In this document: positions 57,213 through 64,000 of the stretch, piece after piece
Layout of the letters: each line of letters opens with the position of its first letter
Numbering within the stretch: position 1 is the first letter of the stretch
Assembly (NCBI GenBank): GCA_963851265.1
Contig: CAWKNZ010000009.1
Location: 96,001 to 160,000, forward strand
DNA: 64,000 nucleotides
DNA from: an uncultured Gemmatimonadales bacterium
Lineage (GTDB): Bacteria; Gemmatimonadota; Gemmatimonadetes; Gemmatimonadales; Gemmatimonadaceae
Direction: 5' to 3'
Translations under genes and position numbers: made by a program
Notes under the pieces: generated by a model
Database searches by the model: none
Told to the model about the DNA's origin: nothing
What the model saw: only the letters and a program-made list of their open reading frames with translations

Positions 57213-58888
57213 CCGCATCGCTCCGCGACGTCCCGCGGGCGATCGCGCCCGGTGGCGAGGGAGACGCGGGCACGACGACGGTGGACCTGGGCGGACACGT
57301 CACGCCGGCCGACATCTACGCCGTCGCCGTCCGCGGGGCGCCGCCGCGAATCGGGCCCGACGCGCGGGCTCGGATGGAGGCGTCGGCGGAATACCTGGCA
57401 CGGTGCGTCGACGAGCGGCGGCTGGTGTACGGCGTCACGACCGGCTACGGCCCGCTCGCGCGGCACCATGTCGGGCCGGAGCACGCCGCGACGCTCCAGC
57501 AGAACCTCATCTATCACCTCGCTTCGGGCGTCGGCGCGCCGCTCTCGCCGGCGCACACGCGTGCGCTGATGGCGGCGCGCGTCGCGAGCCTGGCCCGCGG
57601 CTACTCCGGCGTTGGGCGCGCGACCGCCGACCTGCTGCTCGCGTGCCTCACGCGCGGCGTCACGCCCGTTGTCCCCGAGCGGGGCACGGTGGGGGCGAGT
57701 GGTGACCTGACGCCGCTCGCCCACGTGGCGCTCGTGCTCATCGGCGAGGGGCGGGCCGCGTACCGCGGCGGCGTCCTGCCGGGGGCCGACGCGCTTCGGC
57801 TGGCGGGGCTCGCGCCGGTGGCGCTCGGGCACAAGGAGGGGCTCGCGTTGGTGAACGGCACGTCGGCGATGACGGGGATCGCCGCCGTGAACGCCGAGCG
57901 TGCGCGCCGGCTCGCGGAGCTGGTCGCGCGCCTCGCGGTGCTGCACGCCGAGGTTCTGGGGGGGCACGTCGAAGCATGGGACGCGCGCTTCGGGCGCGCG
58001 CGGCCGCACCCCGGGCAACGCGCGGCGCACGCGCGACTGCTGCGACTCGCGCGCGGGAGCGGCCGCCTAACGCCGTCGGTGCAGCCGCCGCCGCGGCTCG
58101 ACGCGCGGAGCGAGGCGACCGGACTGTTCAGCGCGCCCGAGCCGCCGCAGGACCCGTACACGATCCGGTGCGTTCCGCAGGAGCTCGGCGCCGCTCTCGA
58201 CGTGCTCGCCTTCCACGCCGGCGTGGTGGGAACGGAGCTCAACAGCGCCACCGACAATCCGCTCGTCTTCGCCGACGGCGCGGACGACCCGGATGGCGCG
58301 GTGTTGCACGGCGGCAACTTCTACGGCCAGCACGTCGCGTTCGCGAGCGACGCGCTCGCGATGGCGGTGGTCAAGCTCGCGGCCTGGAGTGAGCGGGCGC
58401 TCGCGCGGCTCACCAATCCGGCCTACAACAAGGGGTTGCCGGCGTTTCTGCACGGCGGAGCGCCGGGGCTGACGAGCGGTTTGATGGGAGCGCAGGTCAC
58501 GGCGACGGCACTCGTCGCGGAGATGCGCACCGGTGCGGTCCCTGCGTCGATCCAGACGATCCCGACGAACAACGACAATCAGGACGTCGTCACGATGGGT
58601 ACGATCGCCGCTCGCAAGGCGAGCGGGCTGCTCGACCTCGCGTGGCACGTGCTGGCGATCCACGCGATCGCCGCCGCGCAGGCGTCGGAGTGCCGGGCGC
58701 GCGAGGGCGGCGCGCGGGCGCCCGGCGACGCGGGCTTCTCCTCCGCGAGTGCCGCGCTCTGGTCGGCGGTACGCGGCGCGGTCGCACCGCTCGACACGGA
58801 CCGCCCCCTGTCCGACGACATCATGCGCCTCGCCGAGGCGCTGGAGCACGACGACGCGCTGCTCGGTGCGAGCCCACTCCTGACGTAG
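57209..58888 (+). CDS. tal: Aromatic amino acid ammonia-lyase, probable tyrosine ammonia-lyase
   Basis: YGVTTG.G, GTVGASGDL (MIO), LVNGT, QDPY..RC, DNP and HGGNF; selectivity segment NLIYHLASGVG is TAL-like; co-operonic with pyp. Confidence 0.88.
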   Translation: MTASLRDVPRAIAPGGEGDAGTTTVDLGGHVTPADIYAVAVRGAPPRIGPDARARMEASAEYLARCVDERRLVYGVTTGYGPLARHHVGPEHAATLQQNLIYHLASGVGAPLSPAHTRALMAARVASLARGYSGVGRATADLLLACLTRGVTPVVPERGTVGASGDLTPLAHVALVLIGEGRAAYRGGVLPGADALRLAGLAPVALGHKEGLALVNGTSAMTGIAAVNAERARRLAELVARLAVLHAEVLGGHVEAWDARFGRARPHPGQRAAHARLLRLARGSGRLTPSVQPPPRLDARSEATGLFSAPEPPQDPYTIRCVPQELGAALDVLAFHAGVVGTELNSATDNPLVFADGADDPDGAVLHGGNFYGQHVAFASDALAMAVVKLAAWSERALARLTNPAYNKGLPAFLHGGAPGLTSGLMGAQVTATALVAEMRTGAVPASIQTIPTNNDNQDVVTMGTIAARKASGLLDLAWHVLAIHAIAAAQASECRAREGGARAPGDAGFSSASAALWSAVRGAVAPLDTDRPLSDDIMRLAEALEHDDALLGASPLLT

Positions 58889-59017
58889 ACCGGCGCCGGC
58901 GACGGTCGGCGCGTTCGGCGCTCGCGCCGTGCGCGATCTCCTCAATTCTTCCGCTGAGTGTCTCACCACCTCGACGTCCCGCGCCTTCCGAGCGCAGACC
59001 GCTGTCCGACCGCACCG

Positions 59018-60262
59018 ATGCGTGCGGTGATGGACGACTCTCGCGCCCGCGACGACGCACGTCACGATCACTCGCCGACGTCGCGCCCGATCGCGCCCGT
59101 CGGTCCGCTCCGCATCGACGTGGCGACCACGATCGGGCAGTTCGAACGTCTCGAGGGCGAGTGGTCGGCCCTGCTGGCGCGCGTACCGGGCGCGCTGCCG
59201 TTCGCTACGTACGACTGGGCGCGGGCGTGGTGGGAGCATCTGCGGCGCGACGGCCGCTGGACGCGCGACGCGCTCTGCGTGTTCGCCGTCCGGACTGCCG
59301 CGGGCGACCCGGTCGCGTTCGCGGCCTACATGCGCACGGCCTACCGCGTGCTCGGCCTGCCCGTCGCCAGGATCGTGCAGCCGTTCGGGGCCGATCCGAA
59401 CCTCACCGAAGTGCGCGGGATGCTCGTCGCGCCCGAGCACGAGGCCGCGGTAGTCGCGGCCATCGACGCCCACCTGCGCGGCGGGCGCGCATGCGACTGG
59501 GTGCGCTGGGGCGGACTCACGCGGGACGGTGCGGCGCTCGCCACGCTCGCGTCACGCGATGGCGCGGTGGTGGACCGAGTGCTGCCGACCTTCGTGCTGG
59601 CGCTCCCCGACACGTGGGACGAGTTCCGCCGCACGCGCCCGCGCAACGTGCGCGAGTCTCTCCGGAAGTGCTACAAGCTTCTCGAGCGCGACGGCCATGC
59701 GTGGGAGTTCCGGGCCCTCGACACCGGCCCCGCGGTCGCGGCGGCGCTCGACGGATGGTTCGACCTGCACGGCCGCCGTGCGGCACTGACCGAGACGTCG
59801 GTCCGGCATCCGGATTACTTCGCCGTGCCCGGCGCGCGGGCGTTCGTGGCCGACGTCGTGGAGCGCATGGGGCGGCGCGGCGGCGTGCGCATGTTCCAGC
59901 TCCAAATCGGCGCCGACGTCGTCGCCATGCGACTCGGCTTCGTCGTGGGCGACAGTCTGTACCTGTACTACTCGGGCTACGATCCCGCGTGGAAGGCCTA
60001 CAGCGTGATGACCACGGTGGTCGCCGAGTCGATCCGGTACGCGATCGAGCACGGAATCCGCACCGTGAACCTGTCGAGCGGCGCCGACCAGTCCAAAGCG
60101 CGGTGGCGCCCGAGCGAGGTGGCCTACGCCGACGCGGTCGCCATCCGCCCCGGCCGGCGCGCGCACCTCGCCCACCGCGCGTTCACCGCGTTGCGGGCGC
60201 GGACGGATCGCCGCGATGCCCCTCTTCCGCCTGCGGCGTCGGAGGCCGCGTCCGATGCCTGA
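59018..60262 (+). CDS. GNAT family acetyltransferase (CelD/BcsL-like)
   Basis: L..EW..L, PF....W...WW, LP.TWDE, YYSGYDP and K.RW; start uncertain. Confidence 0.85.
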   Translation: MRAVMDDSRARDDARHDHSPTSRPIAPVGPLRIDVATTIGQFERLEGEWSALLARVPGALPFATYDWARAWWEHLRRDGRWTRDALCVFAVRTAAGDPVAFAAYMRTAYRVLGLPVARIVQPFGADPNLTEVRGMLVAPEHEAAVVAAIDAHLRGGRACDWVRWGGLTRDGAALATLASRDGAVVDRVLPTFVLALPDTWDEFRRTRPRNVRESLRKCYKLLERDGHAWEFRALDTGPAVAAALDGWFDLHGRRAALTETSVRHPDYFAVPGARAFVADVVERMGRRGGVRMFQLQIGADVVAMRLGFVVGDSLYLYYSGYDPAWKAYSVMTTVVAESIRYAIEHGIRTVNLSSGADQSKARWRPSEVAYADAVAIRPGRRAHLAHRAFTALRARTDRRDAPLPPAASEAASDA

Positions 60263-61121
60263 ACCGCTCGTGTCCATCGTGATCCCGACGTTCCGCCGCG
60301 AGATGATGCTCGTTGACGCGATCCGATCGGTGCTCTCCCAGTCCGGCGTGCGCGTCGAGGTGATCGTGCTCGACGACAGCCCGGAGGGATCGGCGGCGGC
60401 TGCCGTCGCGGGCTGCGCCGACGCCCGGGTGCGCTACGTGCACCGGGCCGTACCGTCCGGGGGACGTCCGGCCGTCGTGCGGAACGACGGCCTCTCCCTC
60501 GCCGGCGGGAAGTACGTGCACTTTCTCGACGACGACGACGTGCTCGCCGAAGGCGCGCTCGCGGCCACCGTGGGCGCGCTCGAAGCCGCTCCGCACGCCG
60601 GGGTCGCGATCGGCCTCGTCGTTCCGTTCGGCGACGACCCCGTCGCCCTCGCGCGGGAACAGGCGTACTTCGGCGCGGCGACGCAGCGCCTGCGCGCGAT
60701 CCGCGCGCGGCTCGCGCTCGTGGCGGAGATGCTGTTCCAGAAAACGCCGCTCGTGAACTCGTCGTGCACCATCCGACGGACGTGTGCGGTCGCGGTCGGG
60801 GGCTACACGCCGACCATCCCCATGAACGAGGACGTGGATTTCTACCTGCGCGCGGTCCGACGCGGCGGCTTCGTGTTGGTGGACGTGCCGGTCGTCCACT
60901 ATCGTGTCGGCCAGCCGTCGCTCATGCACTCGCTGACCGACTTTTCGGTGCTGGCGGAGGCGTACGGGATGATCCACCAGCAGTACCGGCGCGAGCACGG
61001 CGCGATCGAGTTCACCCTGCTGCGCGCGTACGGCCTCGCGCTCCGGCTCGCGGGCCGCGTCCGCGCGCGCCGGCATGCGGCTGCGGGGCTGGTCCACGCC
61101 GCGCCGCGCGTCGCGGGCTGA
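60255..61121 (+). CDS. Glycosyltransferase family 2
   Basis: VSIVIPTF.R, EVIVLDD, RN.G, FLDDDD and ED.DF motifs. Confidence 0.92.
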   Translation: MPEPLVSIVIPTFRREMMLVDAIRSVLSQSGVRVEVIVLDDSPEGSAAAAVAGCADARVRYVHRAVPSGGRPAVVRNDGLSLAGGKYVHFLDDDDVLAEGALAATVGALEAAPHAGVAIGLVVPFGDDPVALAREQAYFGAATQRLRAIRARLALVAEMLFQKTPLVNSSCTIRRTCAVAVGGYTPTIPMNEDVDFYLRAVRRGGFVLVDVPVVHYRVGQPSLMHSLTDFSVLAEAYGMIHQQYRREHGAIEFTLLRAYGLALRLAGRVRARRHAAAGLVHAAPRVAG

Positions 61122-61230
61122 GCGGGTGATCGCGCGCGTGGCGGTGCTCCGCCGCGTGACGCGCAACCCGTCGCGCCGGGGCGTTAGGCGACGCCCCGAC
61201 CGCGGGTACGATCGGACGGCCGCTCGCGGC

Positions 61231-62730
61231 TCACCGGTGCAGCGGGCTTCCGGCCTTCCACACCGGCGCGGCGTCCTGCCCCGCCACGCGCGCTACGAGC
61301 GCGTAGTAGAACCGGTTGAAGTCCGCCGCCGCCTTCCAGTCGATCCGCTGCTGGAGGTCGTCTTTCGGCGTGTGGTATCCCTCGCGGTACCACTGGCGGT
61401 AGATGCGCTCGCTCTCCGTCCCGGGGCGGTAGCCGAACACGAAGTTCGTCGCCGGAATCCCCGCCTGGAGGAACGGCCAGTGGTCGGAGCGCTGCAGGAG
61501 GCCCCGCTCGGGCTCGGGGTCGCGCTGCACGGCGATCCCGAGCGACTCCGCCACGGCGCGCGCGTCGTCTCCCAGACTCGTGTCGTCCAGGCCGTGCACG
61601 GTGAGAAGCTCCAGAGGGAAGAGCGGGCGGAGCTGGTCGAGGTTGATGTCTCCGGCGATCCGCGCGCGCGGTACGGGCGGGTGCGCGACGAACCACCGAG
61701 AGCCGAGGAGGCCCTTCTCCTCGCCCGTGACGATCGCGACGATCACGGGGCGTCGGAAGCCCTGCCCGTGGCGCCGCTCGAGGACGCGGACGATGAGGGC
61801 GACGTACGCCGCGTCGTCGAGCGTTCCGTTGTAGAGCGAGTCGCCGTCCACCGCCGTCCCATAGCCATAGCCGTCGAGGTGCGCGGTGAGGACGATCGCC
61901 TGGTCGGCCTTCGTCGGGTCGGTGCCCGGGAGCATGCCGACGACGTTAGGCGAGCGCAGCGTCCGCCGCGCCGTCGAGAACGTCGCGCGCAGGCGGTCGC
62001 GCAGGTCGAAGGCGGGCAGGGGTCGCCCGGCGCTCCCCGCGGCGACGAGGGAGTCGGCGTTCGGCCCGCTCCCCCCGAGCACCGTCCGAAGCGCTCCGGC
62101 GCGCAGCGAGAGGGTGACGAACCCGGGGTCGCGAGCCGGAGGTGTCGGCGTCCCGCCGGCCAGCGTGACGCTCCGCGCGTAGGCCGCCGGCCAGCGCGGC
62201 GGCTCCACGGTGAAGCCCGGGTCGGCGATCGCGATCATCCCGGCCGCCCCCGCCTGCTGCAGCGCGGCCCGCCGCTGCTCGTCGTTAGGCAATCCGGGTC
62301 GCCGCGTGGCGTGGCAGATCACCAGCTTCCCGCGCACGTCGCCCAGCGCGTCGGCCCCGCAGTAGCCGCGGTAGGCGAGCGCGCCTTCGAGCGTCGCCGG
62401 TGCTGCCTGCGCGCGCAGGGTGACGTCGTACAGGAAGCGGAGGGACCGGCCGCCGACGTCGAGGTGCGCGCCGGTGACGGCCACCTCTTCCATCGGCACC
62501 GACTGGTACCACGACCCGTCGTCCCCGAGCGGCTTCACCCCCGCCGCAGCGAGCCACCGAGCGACGTGCCGCGCGGCGTGCTCGTGCCCGCGCGACCCGG
62601 TGTCGCGCCCCTCCATGGAGTCGGCGGAGAGGACCGTGGTCCGCTGCCACCACGCGCGCGTGTCGGCGTCGGTGGGGCCACCCGGAGGCGTCTGGAGGAG
62701 CGCGAGAACGGAGAGAACGACGGCGAGCAT
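61231..62730 (-). CDS. M28 family metallopeptidase, secreted
   Basis: TAHLD, NGTLDDA, GEEKGLLGS, RSDH and YH motifs. Confidence 0.9.
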   Translation of the reverse strand: MLAVVLSVLALLQTPPGGPTDADTRAWWQRTTVLSADSMEGRDTGSRGHEHAARHVARWLAAAGVKPLGDDGSWYQSVPMEEVAVTGAHLDVGGRSLRFLYDVTLRAQAAPATLEGALAYRGYCGADALGDVRGKLVICHATRRPGLPNDEQRRAALQQAGAAGMIAIADPGFTVEPPRWPAAYARSVTLAGGTPTPPARDPGFVTLSLRAGALRTVLGGSGPNADSLVAAGSAGRPLPAFDLRDRLRATFSTARRTLRSPNVVGMLPGTDPTKADQAIVLTAHLDGYGYGTAVDGDSLYNGTLDDAAYVALIVRVLERRHGQGFRRPVIVAIVTGEEKGLLGSRWFVAHPPVPRARIAGDINLDQLRPLFPLELLTVHGLDDTSLGDDARAVAESLGIAVQRDPEPERGLLQRSDHWPFLQAGIPATNFVFGYRPGTESERIYRQWYREGYHTPKDDLQQRIDWKAAADFNRFYYALVARVAGQDAAPVWKAGSPLHR

Positions 62731-63049
62731 GACGCGAAGACGGGGGAGCGGAGCGGGAGCACGAACGAGGGCGGTACACTGCCCCACGCACCCGCGCGCG
62801 GCAAGGGAGCGCGCAGGGCCGTGCACCAACGCCTGTCGGTCGTCCGGGCGACGGTGCCGCCGCACACGGTCGGGCCTGTGGCCACGAGAGTCGCCGCGTC
62901 GCGCGGGCGTGGAGGGTAGGCTGGCGCGCGCGCCGGTACGATCCCATCGTAGCGCGCCGGTCGCGGGACGTCGTCGTACCAGCGTCCGGGGCCGGGCGCG
63001 CCGCGCAGCAGCCTGCCGGCCGAGCCTCCACCCCGTGCAGGGTCCGTCC

Positions 63050-64000
63050 ATGCCATCGCTCCCGACCACCCCCCTCCGCCCGCACAGCCCGCCCCGTGTC
63101 CGGGCCGGCCGCGCCGCGCCCGCCACGATCAGTCTCGCGGGCCTCCTCACCGTCAGCGTCTGCGCCGCCCGCGCGCAGGGCCAGGTGCCGGCCCCGCGCC
63201 GCTACACCGTCGTCCCGCTCGACGTCCCCGGCGCGGTCGTCACGGTGGCGCACGGCATCAACGCCGCCGGGCAGGTCGTCGGGACGTACAGCGACTCGGC
63301 GTACGGCGCGCACGGGTTCCTGTGGGGCGGCGCGGGCGCCGGCGCGGTCACCCGGCTCGACGCGCCGGGCGCGGTCGGGGCGACGGTGGCGCGCGGGATC
63401 ACGGACGCCGGGCAGGTCGTCGGCTTCTACAAGGACGCGGCGCGCCATGCCCACGGCTTCCTGTATCGCGCAGGCGTGTTCACTCCGCTCGACGCCCCGG
63501 GCGCGGTGGACACGTACGCGGAAGGGATCGACGCCGCGGGCGAGGTCGTCGGGTGGTACAACTTCTCCGACTCGACCAGCGCGTCGGGCGGTGTCCGCGC
63601 CTTCCGCTACGCCGGGGGGACGTTCACGCCGCTCGACCTCCCCGGTGCGGGCCTCCTCGGGGCGACGGGACTCACCACCGGCGGGCAGATCGTCGGGTTC
63701 TACGGCGACTCGTCGCGCGAGCTCCACGGCTTCCTTGAGGGCGCGGGCGCGTTCCGGGTGCTCGATGTGCCGGGTACTACCCACGGGACGTTCCCGGAGG
63801 GCGTCAACGCCGCCGGGCAGGTCGTCGGGACGTACACCGACACGTTGGGCCGCCACGGGTTCGTCTACGCCGAAGGCGCGTTCCTGCCGCTCGACGCCCC
63901 GGGCGCGCGGCTCGGGCCGCGCAGCGGGACGTCGGCGCACGGAGTCAACGCCGCCGGGCAGGTCGTCGGGGACTACTTCGACGGGGCGCACATGCACGGA
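63050..64000 (+). CDS. Partial secreted protein with HAF-type extracellular repeats (3' end outside window)
   Basis: Manual translation: signal-like N-terminus then about 40-aa repeats LD.PGA..T.A.GINAAGQVVG.Y.D....HGF; absent from the ORF track because it has no stop in the window. Confidence 0.85.
   Translation, partial: MPSLPTTPLRPHSPPRVRAGRAAPATISLAGLLTVSVCAARAQGQVPAPRRYTVVPLDVPGAVVTVAHGINAAGQVVGTYSDSAYGAHGFLWGGAGAGAVTRLDAPGAVGATVARGITDAGQVVGFYKDAARHAHGFLYRAGVFTPLDAPGAVDTYAEGIDAAGEVVGWYNFSDSTSASGGVRAFRYAGGTFTPLDLPGAGLLGATGLTTGGQIVGFYGDSSRELHGFLEGAGAFRVLDVPGTTHGTFPEGVNAAGQVVGTYTDTLGRHGFVYAEGAFLPLDAPGARLGPRSGTSAHGVNAAGQVVGDYFDGAHMHG

Noticed and set aside
57209..58888. Ammonia-lyase as histidase (hutH)
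   Set aside because: No hut genes nearby; the selectivity segment reads IYHL rather than the SH of histidases, and the gene is co-operonic with pyp.
48200..61121. Possible horizontally acquired island around the PYP module (codons look slightly less GC-biased)
   Set aside because: Impression only; no integrase, tRNA or flanking direct repeats were seen, and the host heptamer occurs within it. Needs a computed GC3/k-mer profile.
197..62290. GTTAGGC as a Chi- or KOPS-like polar motif
   Set aside because: Orientation counts are similar on both sides of the putative origin (about 9:6 and 8:6), so no strand switch is evident in this window.
1..64000. rRNA, tRNA, transposase or integron integrase genes
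   Set aside because: None recognised by eye; covariance or HMM searches would be needed to exclude small RNAs.

Overview
Very GC-rich bacterial DNA (about 75% by eye); the gene content suggests Gemmatimonadota, which is an inference. The window appears to span the replication and partition core of a plasmid or chromid: four palindromic parS-like sites, parA-parB, a convergent Rep initiator, an iteron-bearing intergenic origin and a divergent tandem-wHTH gene (26.8-32.9 kb). The most striking cargo is a self-contained photoactive yellow protein (PYP) light-sensing module at 53.5-58.9 kb. It encodes a p-coumaroyl-CoA ligase, a 3-repeat orphan protein, PYP, a second orphan, a sensor-less soluble chemoreceptor and a tyrosine ammonia-lyase, and is flanked by a GAF-GGDEF-EAL protein and envelope-modification genes. 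At 10.6-13.4 kb lies a decayed integron-cassette-like array (attC remnants, two broken hicAB pairs, DUF1569, a DHFR-like gene) with no integrase in the window. Other content: the tail of a cytochrome c oxidase / quinoprotein-accessory cluster with a beta-propeller-MxaJ fusion, three orphan histidine kinases, a MarR-DoxX-VOC operon, a frameshifted GH20, GH97, three M28 peptidases and transporters. The heptamer GTTAGGC/GCCTAAC is over-represented. No rRNA, tRNA, CRISPR array or transposase was recognised. All calls come from reading motifs by eye; no database searches were run.
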